A stretch of DNA of 64,000 nt from assembly GCA_017483025.1 (NCBI GenBank), contig JAFUMA010000124.1, forward strand, positions 2,486 to 66,485, given 5' to 3'. Under the pieces are notes generated by a model. That model was not told the DNA's origin, did not search any database, and saw only the letters and a program-made list of their open reading frames with translations. Source of the stretch: Anaerotignum sp. (GTDB taxonomy: Bacteria; Bacillota; Clostridia; Lachnospirales; Anaerotignaceae). This document shows positions 38,822-48,196 of this stretch, in pieces. Made by a program: the position numbers and the translations under genes. Position 1 is the first letter of the stretch. The number at the start of each line of letters is the position of its first letter.

Positions 38822-39796
38822 TTAGATCTGACCTCTTTCTCTGTACATTTCAACATATTCGGAAGCATTTTCTTTTGTGATCAGTACTTCAGCGATATCT
38901 GTGTCGATCTGTGTTTCTTCGCCTGTCAGCAGTTTATGTACTGTATCCAGGTTCAGAGCAGCCAGGTCAATAGCGGACTGCAGGCATGTTGCTGTCATCA
39001 GGCCTTCTTCGATCAGCAGGCAAGCTTCAGCTGTACCATCAACGCCGTATACCAGCAGGTCAGCGTACATATCATTGCCTTTTACTACTTCCAGAGCACC
39101 AGCAGCCATGTTATCGTTTGTGGAGATAACTGCATCGATGTCGCCGTAAGCTACTGTCCAGTCTTCCATCAGAGCCATAGCTTCGTCTTTGTTCCAGTTA
39201 GCGAAGTCTTCAGCCAGGATTGTTACGTCAGGTCTTGCATCGAAGAATACTTCCTGCCATGCAACACGTCTTTCGTCAGCGTGGAAGTTACCGGAAGGAC
39301 CATTGATAACTACTACTCTGCCGTTTTCGGGAACCTGTTCCAGAGCCAGTTCAGCGTTAACCTGAGCCTGTTTGTAAGGGTCAGCATCGACGGAGGATGC
39401 ACCTTCAATGTCTTCGATTCTGGAGTTTGTTGTGATAGCAACGATACCGTTTGCTACGATCTGTTCTACGTAAGGTCTCTGAGCTTCACCGTTGTTGGGC
39501 TGAACGATGATTGCATCATAGCCGTTAGCGATCGCATTTTCGATTGCTGCGTTTTCTTTTGCATCGTCAGCCTGGCCATCGAATACATCCAATGTGATGT
39601 CATCGTATTCTTCTGCTGCTGCGATCATTTCGTTTGCCAGCCATGCTGCGAAGGAGTCAGACTGTGCTCTAGCGATAAACGCTACTTTGTAGCCTTCTGC
39701 TGCATCGTCAGCTGCGGGTTCGGAACCACCGCCACAGCCTGTCAGAGCTGTTGCTGCCATAGCCAGTGCCATAAATGCTGCTAAATACTTTTTCAT
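38822..39796 (-). CDS. Sugar ABC transporter substrate-binding lipoprotein (RbsB/periplasmic-binding-protein family 1)
   Basis: Lipobox LTGCGG. A typical Peripla_BP_4-like sequence. Confidence 0.85.
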   Translation of the reverse strand: MKKYLAAFMALAMAATALTGCGGGSEPAADDAAEGYKVAFIARAQSDSFAAWLANEMIAAAEEYDDITLDVFDGQADDAKENAAIENAIANGYDAIIVQPNNGEAQRPYVEQIVANGIVAITTNSRIEDIEGASSVDADPYKQAQVNAELALEQVPENGRVVVINGPSGNFHADERRVAWQEVFFDARPDVTILAEDFANWNKDEAMALMEDWTVAYGDIDAVISTNDNMAAGALEVVKGNDMYADLLVYGVDGTAEACLLIEEGLMTATCLQSAIDLAALNLDTVHKLLTGEETQIDTDIAEVLITKENASEYVEMYRERGQI

Positions 39797-39896
39797 GTTA
39801 CTCTCTCCCTTTCTTGTTTAAAAATTTTGTGAGAATTTTTTTGCTCTATTTGAATTTGAAAGCTCAAATAAAAGCCTTTTTCATGTTACGAAAAAC

Positions 39897-40904
39897 TTAT
39901 GCCTTTGCTGCAGGCGCTTCATCTTTCTTTTCTTCATCCTTTTTCTGCAGGATCACTTTAGGTGCTTTTTTGTTTTTGAATTTAATATCATACAGTACCG
40001 CTGCTACAATGATGATACCTTTAACGATCTGCTGTACATAGGAGTCTACGCCCTGCAGGTTCATGATATTGTTCAAGCAGCCGATGATGAAGGAACCTAC
40101 CAGAGTACCCAGTGTTGTACCAACACCGCCGGAGAAGCTTGTACCGCCGACGATAGTAGCTGTCAGACCTTCCATTTCGTAGCTGACTGCACCGTTGGGC
40201 AGGCCGGCATTTACACGAGCCATGAACAGTACGCCTGCAATACCAACCAGGATACCATTGATCAGGAATGCCAGATATTTGCTTCTTACAACGTTGATAC
40301 CGGAAGCGATGGATGCTTCTTCGTTACCGCCGATGGCATAGAAGGAACGGCCCAGTTTGGTATGGTTCATGATATATGCGATGATGATCGTTGCAACGAT
40401 CATAAAGATGACAGGGATGGGAATAACGCCGCCGATCTTGCCCTGACCTACAACTGCGTAATCGCCGATCTGAACGATGTTCTGGCCGGATGTATACAGC
40501 AGCGCCGCACCTCTGGCAGCCATCTGCGTCGCCAGTGTTACGATGAAGGCAGGCAGATTACAGTTTGCTACAAAGAATGCATTGATCATATTGAAAGCTA
40601 CTGCAACACCGATGGCTACTGCAAAAGCTATTGCCATGGAACCCGTTGCTTTATACAGGCTGACAGACAATACACCGGCCAGCGCCAGAACCGCACCAGA
40701 GGACAGGTCCAGCAGACCGGATACGATCAGTACCATTTCACCATAAGCCAGAATCGTTGCAACTGCCAGCTGTGTTGCGATATTTGTGATATTTCTTGTA
40801 CTTAAGAAGTTGTCGTTCATCATCATGGAAATCAGAATCAGAACCAACAGTACAAAAAAGATAGAATACTTGGACATTACCTGTCCCAGACTTTTATTTT
40901 TCAC
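39897..40904 (-). CDS. Sugar ABC transporter permease (RbsC/BPD_transp_2 family)
   Basis: 335 aa with about 9-10 TM segments, plus a lysine-rich C-terminal tail. Confidence 0.85.
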   Translation of the reverse strand: MKNKSLGQVMSKYSIFFVLLVLILISMMMNDNFLSTRNITNIATQLAVATILAYGEMVLIVSGLLDLSSGAVLALAGVLSVSLYKATGSMAIAFAVAIGVAVAFNMINAFFVANCNLPAFIVTLATQMAARGAALLYTSGQNIVQIGDYAVVGQGKIGGVIPIPVIFMIVATIIIAYIMNHTKLGRSFYAIGGNEEASIASGINVVRSKYLAFLINGILVGIAGVLFMARVNAGLPNGAVSYEMEGLTATIVGGTSFSGGVGTTLGTLVGSFIIGCLNNIMNLQGVDSYVQQIVKGIIIVAAVLYDIKFKNKKAPKVILQKKDEEKKDEAPAAKA

Positions 40905-40923
40905 GTTTGATCTCCTCCTTTAA

Positions 40924-42432
40924 TTATTCCTGAATAATGCTATGTGTACCAGTTGCATAAACCATGATCGCTTCCTGAGAGAATTCGTCTCTCTTCAGTT
41001 CGCCAGCGATATGTCCCTGGTTCATAACATAGATTCTGTCACACATACCGATCAATTCGGGCAGCTCAGAGGAAACCATTACTACTGCTTTACCTGCCTG
41101 TGCCACTTCAGTCATCAGTTTGTAAATTTCAAATTTTGCACCTACGTCGATACCTCTGGTGGGTTCATCCAGAATCAGCACTTCAGGATCTCTCATCATC
41201 CATTTTGCCAGCAATACCTTCTGCTGGTTACCGCCGGACAGAGACTGGATAGGTGTTTCCAGCGTGGGTGTTTTTACGCTCATTTTCTTGAAATATTCGC
41301 CTACGACCTGTTCTTCTTCTTTTCTATGGGCATGACCGCCATAGAAGAATTTTTCCAGAGCAGACAAGCTGGCATTTTCACGAACGCTTCTCATGGGAAT
41401 GATGCCATAGCGTCTGCGGTCTTCAGACAACATTACCATACCGGCCTTTGTCGCATCGGATACCTTCTTGATCGTCAGTTCCTTGCCGTGTACCTTTACC
41501 GTACCGCCATCGATGGGATCCAGGCCAAACAGACAGCGCATCACTTCTGTACGGCCTGCGCCTACCAGACCGGCAAAACCAACGATTTCACCTTTGCCGA
41601 CATGGAACGTAACGTCTTCGAACAACTGGCCGCTCTTCAGATCTTTTACTTCCAGCAGAGGTTCACCGATTTCAATTTCTTCTTTCGGGTATACATTTTC
41701 CATACGGCGGCCTACCATCAGCGCGATGACTTCGTCGATATCAGTATCTTTCGCTCTCATGCTCTTTACAACAGTACCGTCACGGAATACTGTGATGTCA
41801 TCGGCAATACGGAATACTTCATCCATCTTATGGGAAATATAAACGATAGCACAGCCTTTTGCTTTCAGGATCTCGATCTTTTTGAACAGCAGTTCAACTT
41901 CCTTCTGTGTGATAGAGGAAGTGGGCTCGTCCATTACGATGATGGACGCATCATTGGAGATCGCCTTCATGATCTCCAGCATCTGGATATCAGATGTTGT
42001 CAGTGTTTTCAGTTTATCTGTAGGTTTATAGGGAAGGTGTTCATCGTGCAGCAGTTTTTCTGTTTTTTCACGCACTTCTTTCCATTTTACTCTGCCCATG
42101 CCATCTACAGGCAGACGCCCCAGAAAAATATTTTCTTCTACAGACATTTCGGGGATGTAGTTCAGTTCCTGAGCGATCATAGCGATACCCAGAGATCTTG
42201 CTACAATAGGATCTTTGATTTTTACCGGCTTTTCATCGATAAAAATTTCGCCGGCATCGGGTTTATAGATCCCGTTGATGATTTTCATCAGTGTAGACTT
42301 GCCTGCGCCATTTTCGCCGCAAAGCGCATGCACAGTCCCTTTTCGAACTGTAAAGTCAATTTGATCCAACGCCTTTACACCCGGAAAAGATTTTTCAATT
42401 TTTGAAACCCGAAGTTTGATATCGTCCCCCAT
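40924..42432 (-). CDS. Sugar ABC transporter ATP-binding protein (duplicated ABC domains, RbsA-like)
   Basis: Walker A GENGAGKST, two LSGGNQQK-type signatures, 502 aa. Confidence 0.9.
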   Translation of the reverse strand: MGDDIKLRVSKIEKSFPGVKALDQIDFTVRKGTVHALCGENGAGKSTLMKIINGIYKPDAGEIFIDEKPVKIKDPIVARSLGIAMIAQELNYIPEMSVEENIFLGRLPVDGMGRVKWKEVREKTEKLLHDEHLPYKPTDKLKTLTTSDIQMLEIMKAISNDASIIVMDEPTSSITQKEVELLFKKIEILKAKGCAIVYISHKMDEVFRIADDITVFRDGTVVKSMRAKDTDIDEVIALMVGRRMENVYPKEEIEIGEPLLEVKDLKSGQLFEDVTFHVGKGEIVGFAGLVGAGRTEVMRCLFGLDPIDGGTVKVHGKELTIKKVSDATKAGMVMLSEDRRRYGIIPMRSVRENASLSALEKFFYGGHAHRKEEEQVVGEYFKKMSVKTPTLETPIQSLSGGNQQKVLLAKWMMRDPEVLILDEPTRGIDVGAKFEIYKLMTEVAQAGKAVVMVSSELPELIGMCDRIYVMNQGHIAGELKRDEFSQEAIMVYATGTHSIIQE

Positions 42433-42799
42433 AGGTTCCTCCCTTCCGTAATACAGAGCTTATCAAAGCCCGTTAGTACTTTTTGATGATGCTACTTATA
42501 AATAAAATAAGCTGCTGCAGGTCACGTTTTGCAGGGGCTGCATTTCAACGTTTTCTACATCACGCTTATTTTCGGCAAAATTTTTATATAACATTTAGAA
42601 TTTTTACCTATTTTAATTAAGTATATACTCAAATATGCCAAAATGTCAATACTCTCAGCGAAACATTATATTCAATTTGAATAAAAATTTCCGCCATATC
42701 AACGAGTTATTAGGAACACTTTCTCTATAATAAAAATAGAGTTTTCTTCTTTTATGTGACAATTTTTTCCGGCACATGCTGTCTTTTTTTACAAAAAAA

Positions 42800-42829
42800 A
42801 GCACATATCAACCTCAGTTGATATGCGCT
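42800..42829 (-). terminator. Intrinsic terminator after glcK
   Basis: Minus strand reads AGCGCATATCAAC-tgagg-TTGATATGTGCT followed by T8. Confidence 0.75.
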
Positions 42830-42862
42830 TTCGCGTGAATGTGAAAAAACACATCCTTCATT

Positions 42863-43813
42863 TTATTCTATACCAAATTCATCCAAAGCGAGCTTAAATG
42901 CGCCATAGACCCCCGCATCATTCCCCAATGCTGCCGTCAGGATCTCCGTAGAGCTGCATGCATGGAAAGCATATTTTCGGAAATACCTTGTTGCTCCTTT
43001 GATCAGCGGTTCGCCGGCTTTGCTGACACCGCCCCCCAGAATGATCACTTCCGGATCTGTCACGCAGCACACATTGGCGAGGAAAAGTCCCAGATATCTG
43101 TATACCCGTTCCAGGATCGCCAGAGCAGCCAGGTCTCCCTTTTCCGCAGCTGCAAAAACATCTTTACATTCTATGGTTTCCAGATCACGCAGACCGCTTT
43201 CGTCTGTATAATCCCGCAAATAGCGTTTGGCGACCCGTACCACGCCTGTAGCAGAACAATATTGCTCCGCACAGCCATAATTGCCGCAGTTGCAGGGTTC
43301 CGTCTCGCCGGGATCCAAAATCATATGGCCGATCTCCCCACCGGCTCCATGGGAACCATTGACGATCTTCCCTTTCACTACAATGCCACCACCGATGCCG
43401 GTCCCCAATGTTGCCAGCACCATATTCTGGCAGCCTCGGCCGCTGCCTTTCCAGCATTCCCCCAGGGCAGCCACATTGGCATCGTTGCCGCCTTTAATAC
43501 GAAAACCCGTAAGTGCAGAAAGTTCTGCATGCAAATCCGTAACTCCCCAGCCCAGATTCACACATTTATTCACGATCCCCTCATCACTGACCGGGCCGGG
43601 AACACCGACCCCAATGCCAATGATCTGATTATCACAGATATTTTTGTTTTTCAGAAACGATCTGATGGAAGATGCGATATCCGAAAGAATGGTTCGGCCG
43701 CCATTCCCGGTATTTGTGGCGATTTCCCATTTTTCAAGCATCGTGCCTTCCTGCCCAAAAAAAGCGATCTTGATAGTGGTTCCGCCGATATCTACGCCAA
43801 ATCCATATTTCAT
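42863..43813 (-). CDS. glcK: ROK-family glucokinase
   Basis: FGVDIGGTTIK..., and a Zn motif CNCGNYGCAEQYCS. Confidence 0.85.
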   Translation of the reverse strand: MKYGFGVDIGGTTIKIAFFGQEGTMLEKWEIATNTGNGGRTILSDIASSIRSFLKNKNICDNQIIGIGVGVPGPVSDEGIVNKCVNLGWGVTDLHAELSALTGFRIKGGNDANVAALGECWKGSGRGCQNMVLATLGTGIGGGIVVKGKIVNGSHGAGGEIGHMILDPGETEPCNCGNYGCAEQYCSATGVVRVAKRYLRDYTDESGLRDLETIECKDVFAAAEKGDLAALAILERVYRYLGLFLANVCCVTDPEVIILGGGVSKAGEPLIKGATRYFRKYAFHACSSTEILTAALGNDAGVYGAFKLALDEFGIE

Positions 43814-43837
43814 ATCTATTACCTTCTCTTTTATTTT

Positions 43838-45493
43838 TTAACATTCCAATGCGTCTAATGTGCAGGTTTTTGCAATGGAGCTGCGGATGGCTGCCCGCAG
43901 AGGCAGCACAGCGTTGGGAGAAACGGACAATTCATCCATACCCATGGCAAGGAACGTAGGCAGCATGCTCAGATCCGCCCCCAGTTCGCCGCAGATACCA
44001 ATCCAAATGCCGGCGTTATGGGCTGCATCTGCAGCCATTTTCAGGGCACGCAGCACTGCAGGATGGTGTGGATCGTAGAATTTGCCCAGATCGTTCGCCT
44101 GTCGGTCACAGGCCAGAGTGTACTGGGTCAGGTCGTTGGTACCGACGGAGAAGAAATCCACTTCTCTTGCCAGTTCTTCCGCTACAAAGATGGACGCAGG
44201 CGTTTCCAGCATGATACCGATCTCTGTGTCTTTGTTGAAGGGAATGCCTTCCTTTTCCAGTTCCGCCATGACCTTCTGGCAGGCCCGTTTACATTCCTTT
44301 ACCTCCCAGACGGAAGTGATCATAGGGAACATGATGGCAACCTTGCCGTAGGCAGATGCACGATACAGGGCTCTTAACTGAGGCTTAAATACCTCGGGGC
44401 GATTCAGGCAGATGCGGATGGCACGTACGCCCAGAGCAGGGTTTTCTTCCTTATTCATGTTAAAGTAGCCCACCTGTTTATCTGCGCCGATATCCAGAGT
44501 ACGGATGATGACGCGCTTGCCATTCATGGCAGCAGCAACAGTCTTGTATGCCTGGAACTGTTCCTCTTCCGTAGGGTAATCGGAAGCCGCCAGATAGAGG
44601 AATTCGCTGCGGAACAGGCCGATACCCTGCCCATCGTTGGCAAGGACGGCCGATACATCCTCGGGAGAACCAATATTGCAGTAAACATTGACTTTTTTGC
44701 CGTCCAACGTAATGTCCTCCTGGCCTCTCATGGTCAGCAGCAGTTCTTTCATTTCCTGCTGCTTCGCATATTTTTCATTGAACTGTGCCAGTGTCAGTTC
44801 ATCGGGGTCGATATAAACACAGCCTACTTCGCCGTCTACACAGGCGATTCTGCCTGCATATTCTTCTTTTAATTCTTCCCCCAAGCCGCAAATGGCAGGG
44901 ATGCCCATGGTGCGGGCAAGGATAGCTGTATGGCTGTTGCTGGAACCGCCTTGCGTCACAAAGCCAAGGATCTTGCTCTTATCCAGCTGGATGGTTTCGG
45001 AAGGAGCCAGGTCATCCGCCGCCAGAATAACAGGCACATCGGAATCGATGCCGCCTTCCACAATGCCCATCAGATTATTAAGGATACGCTTGGAAACATC
45101 ACGGATATCTGCCGCGCGAGCCTGCATATAGGCATCATCCATGGCGGCAAACATAGCAGCGAACTGTTCGCCCGCTTCCTGCACAGCATATTCGGCATTA
45201 CACTGTTCCTCTTCCATACAGGAATAAATGCTTTCTACATAATCTTCATCCTCAACAAACATGGCGTGCGTCTCAAAAAGAACAGCTGCTTCATCGCCGG
45301 CCTCTTCCCTGCATTTTTCCGCCAGTGTTTCCAGCTGAGCGATGGTTTTTTCCTGGGCCTGTACCAGGCGTTCTTTCTCTGCCTGCAAATCTTCCACATG
45401 CCACTGCTTTACAGCAGCATCCTGGCGACAGAAGAAATACAAAGGGCCTTTGATGACGCCCTTGGAGACGCCCTTTCCCTGCATCATAATCAT
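43838..45493 (-). CDS. ptsI: PTS Enzyme I
   Basis: GGSSNSHTAILARTMGIPA (active-site His) and a PEP-utilizer TIM domain with the catalytic Cys (GICGELG). Confidence 0.95.
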   Translation of the reverse strand: MIMMQGKGVSKGVIKGPLYFFCRQDAAVKQWHVEDLQAEKERLVQAQEKTIAQLETLAEKCREEAGDEAAVLFETHAMFVEDEDYVESIYSCMEEEQCNAEYAVQEAGEQFAAMFAAMDDAYMQARAADIRDVSKRILNNLMGIVEGGIDSDVPVILAADDLAPSETIQLDKSKILGFVTQGGSSNSHTAILARTMGIPAICGLGEELKEEYAGRIACVDGEVGCVYIDPDELTLAQFNEKYAKQQEMKELLLTMRGQEDITLDGKKVNVYCNIGSPEDVSAVLANDGQGIGLFRSEFLYLAASDYPTEEEQFQAYKTVAAAMNGKRVIIRTLDIGADKQVGYFNMNKEENPALGVRAIRICLNRPEVFKPQLRALYRASAYGKVAIMFPMITSVWEVKECKRACQKVMAELEKEGIPFNKDTEIGIMLETPASIFVAEELAREVDFFSVGTNDLTQYTLACDRQANDLGKFYDPHHPAVLRALKMAADAAHNAGIWIGICGELGADLSMLPTFLAMGMDELSVSPNAVLPLRAAIRSSIAKTCTLDALEC

Positions 45494-45520
45494 ACCGTTA
45501 TCCCCCTCTGTTACTGTTGC

Positions 45521-45781
45521 TTACAGATTTTCTTTAATGGTGTCTTCCATGGCTTCGATGGCCGCATCTTCGGAAGGACCTTCTGCTGTCACGGTGATCA
45601 CATCGCCTTCTTTTACCCCCAGACCCATCAGCTTCATCAGCTGTGTTGCTTTTACGGATTTGCCTTCCTTAGCGATCATTACGGTTGTATCGGCAAAAGT
45701 TTTGGCAGTCTTTGCCAGGATACCTGCGGGACGTGCATGGATCCCCAGGGGATCTGTGATTGTGTAAGTAAACTGTTTCAT
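45521..45781 (-). CDS. ptsH: HPr phosphocarrier protein (His15 present, canonical Ser46 absent)
   Basis: GIHARPA at residues 13-19. The region equivalent to GKxVNxKSIMG reads GKSVKATQLMK. Confidence 0.9.
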   Translation of the reverse strand: MKQFTYTITDPLGIHARPAGILAKTAKTFADTTVMIAKEGKSVKATQLMKLMGLGVKEGDVITVTAEGPSEDAAIEAMEDTIKENL

Positions 45782-45810
45782 AGTAATTTCCTCCTAATAT
45801 TTTTTCAAAA

Positions 45811-47325
45811 TCAACCTTTATAATTGTTCCAGTTCATGCGTCCATAGCGCACGGTTCCTTCTAAAATTTCCTGCTGCAATTCTGCCGTCAGCTGCTCCGC
45901 TGCGACCCTCCAGCGCCAGTTGATGCCGATGGTAGAGGGCGTATTGATGCGGCATTCATTGCCAAGGCCCAGATAGTCCTGCATGGGAATGATACAGGTT
46001 CTGGCTGCGCTGCGCATGGCCAGCGCGATAAAGGATTTATGCAGTAATTTCAGCGGGGTACGTTCATCGCAGAGATACTTTCTTGCAAGCATCTGTTCTT
46101 CTTTTGTAATAGATTTGAACCAGCCGGCCAGTGTTTCGTTGTCATGGGTGCCTGTGTAGACCACGCTGTTTTCTGTATAGTTATGGGGCAGATAGTCGTT
46201 GGCGGAGCCGGAATCGCGAGAGTCGAAGGCAAATTCCAGTACCTTCATGCCGGGGAAGCCACTGTCGCGCACCAGCTGACGCACAGAATCCGTTACATAA
46301 CCCAGATCCTCCGCAATGACCTCATGCCAGCCCAGATTCTGTTCTGCACAACGGAACAGATCGATGCCGGGGCCTTTTTCCCAGTGGCCATCAATGGCAG
46401 AATCTGCGCCGTAGGGGATGGAATAATATTCGTCAAAGCCGCGGAAATGGTCGATGCGTGTTACATCGTAAAGCTGGAACACATACCACAGACGGCTCAT
46501 CCACCATTGATAGCCTGTCTCTCTGTGATATTCCCAGCGATAAAGGGGATTGCCCCAAAGCTGGCCTGTTGCGGAAAAACCATCAGGAGGGCAGCCTGCC
46601 ACCGCCAGAGGAACGTTATTTTCATCCAACTGGAACAGTTCAGGATGTGCCCATGTGTCAGCGGAATCCATGGCAACATAGATAGGGATATCACCAATGA
46701 TCTTGATATTCTGCTGCTGTGCATAATGTTTCAGCTGCCAGTACTGCTGGAAGAATTTGAACTGCAGATACATCTGGAATTCGATCTCGAAATACAGTTC
46801 TCTGCGGTAATAATCCATGGAATAGCCATAGCGCAGGCGAATATCTTCGGGCCATTCGTACCAACACTGCCCATCAAAGAAATTTTTCAAAGCCATAAAC
46901 AGGGCATAATCGGAAAGCCACCAGTTGTTTTCCGCCACAAATCTCTGATAATCAGGGTTTTCGCTGATATTGCTGCGGTCGTAAGCTTTTTTCAGCAGTT
47001 TGTAGCGGCTGTGATACAATGCTTCATAATCAATATCTGTAGCATCCTTCCCAAAGTCCATCTTATCACATTCTTTTTTCGTCAGCACGCCTTCTTCGAT
47101 CAGGGCTTCCAGATCGATGAAATAAGGGTTGCCTGCAAAAGTTGAAAAAGACTGATAGGGAGAATCCCCATAGCTGGTGGGATGGATGGGCAGGATCTGC
47201 CAATAGGTCTGCCCCGCCTCCTTCAGCCAGTCGATAAACTTATATGCTTCCTTTGAAAAACAGCCGATGCCGTATTTGCCCGGCAGGCTTGTAATAGGCA
47301 TCAAAATGCCTGCTTCTCTCTTCAT
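45811..47325 (-). CDS. malQ: 4-alpha-glucanotransferase (amylomaltase, GH77)
   Basis: GILMPITSLPGKYGIG..., DSADTW..., IDHFRGF, EDLG. Start at MKREAG (GGAG 8 nt upstream). An alternative ATG lies at 47331. Confidence 0.9.
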   Translation of the reverse strand: MKREAGILMPITSLPGKYGIGCFSKEAYKFIDWLKEAGQTYWQILPIHPTSYGDSPYQSFSTFAGNPYFIDLEALIEEGVLTKKECDKMDFGKDATDIDYEALYHSRYKLLKKAYDRSNISENPDYQRFVAENNWWLSDYALFMALKNFFDGQCWYEWPEDIRLRYGYSMDYYRRELYFEIEFQMYLQFKFFQQYWQLKHYAQQQNIKIIGDIPIYVAMDSADTWAHPELFQLDENNVPLAVAGCPPDGFSATGQLWGNPLYRWEYHRETGYQWWMSRLWYVFQLYDVTRIDHFRGFDEYYSIPYGADSAIDGHWEKGPGIDLFRCAEQNLGWHEVIAEDLGYVTDSVRQLVRDSGFPGMKVLEFAFDSRDSGSANDYLPHNYTENSVVYTGTHDNETLAGWFKSITKEEQMLARKYLCDERTPLKLLHKSFIALAMRSAARTCIIPMQDYLGLGNECRINTPSTIGINWRWRVAAEQLTAELQQEILEGTVRYGRMNWNNYKG

Positions 47326-47327
47326 AC

Positions 47328-48179
47328 TCATTTCTCCTTTGTATTGATCAGTACACCAAAATGGTCGGACACGACAGGTCTGTTGCTTCCATTGAAGATA
47401 ACACGGAAAGAACGAACACATACATTTCGGCTGCACCAGATATAATCCAGACGCATTCCTGTTCTCTTGATATCGTTCAGCTTATCCCGCCAACCGTCGA
47501 TGACATCGGGAACGGTGATGCCAAAATCTTTTTCAGCTGCAACCTGATAGGTATCTACCCAGCCGCAGTGCAGGATATGCTCGTAGCTCTGGCCGGGAAC
47601 GATATCAGGTGCATTGAAATCGCCCATCAGCCAGACAGCAGCCTGTTTGCGCTTATGCGAAATGCGCTGGGTAAGTCTTTCCCATTGTTCCAGGAAGGGC
47701 TCTTCTGCATCATCCCACCAGCCCATATGGATGGTGTAAAACCAGTCATCCATGCCTTCCACCTGTACGCCCAGCACAGCGCGGGTGCGCCAGTTGTGGT
47801 AATCATTGGCCTTGCTGATGGGAAAGGCTTCTGCTGCGCTGATCTTCTTGCCAAGGCTTAAGATGGCAACGCCTTCGTCATACTTCCCGTAGCCCAACTT
47901 GATGGGCAGCCACGCCCAGCTGCAGTCGATGCCTGCCTGACGCAGGCGGTAAACTACCTGCGCCGCATGGTTGTCCTGACGGACAGGCTTGCTGCCGGGG
48001 ATGGGAACCTGTCCCTCCAGCAGTTCCGCTCCCGCCAGTTCTGCATCAGCTGTCTGATTCACCTCCTGCAAGGCGATGATGTCAGGTCGTTCTTCCAAAA
48101 TGCCCTCAATGAACCAATCCAGCTTTTTTTCATAATTTTCTTCCTGCAGGGAATGGGTATTCAGTGTCAGCAGTTTCAT
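47328..48179 (-). CDS. Endonuclease/exonuclease/phosphatase-family protein, MapP-like (candidate maltose-6'-phosphate phosphatase)
   Basis: EEP fold motifs (LTLNTHS..., DIIALQEV, ...DH). The position between a maltose/glucose-type PTS EII gene and malQ mirrors the Enterococcus malT-mapP arrangement. Confidence 0.6.
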   Translation of the reverse strand: MKLLTLNTHSLQEENYEKKLDWFIEGILEERPDIIALQEVNQTADAELAGAELLEGQVPIPGSKPVRQDNHAAQVVYRLRQAGIDCSWAWLPIKLGYGKYDEGVAILSLGKKISAAEAFPISKANDYHNWRTRAVLGVQVEGMDDWFYTIHMGWWDDAEEPFLEQWERLTQRISHKRKQAAVWLMGDFNAPDIVPGQSYEHILHCGWVDTYQVAAEKDFGITVPDVIDGWRDKLNDIKRTGMRLDYIWCSRNVCVRSFRVIFNGSNRPVVSDHFGVLINTKEK

Positions 48180-48196
48180 AAAAATCCTCCTTCCCC

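Noticed and set aside
42800-42829. The terminator after glcK shares the 13-mer AAGCACATATCAA with the terminator after the LacI regulator (51716-51746), which could suggest a dispersed repeat family.
   Set aside because: The similarity is limited to one hairpin arm of two ordinary intrinsic terminators. There are only two copies and no extended flanking similarity, so this is most simply coincidence or generic terminator composition.
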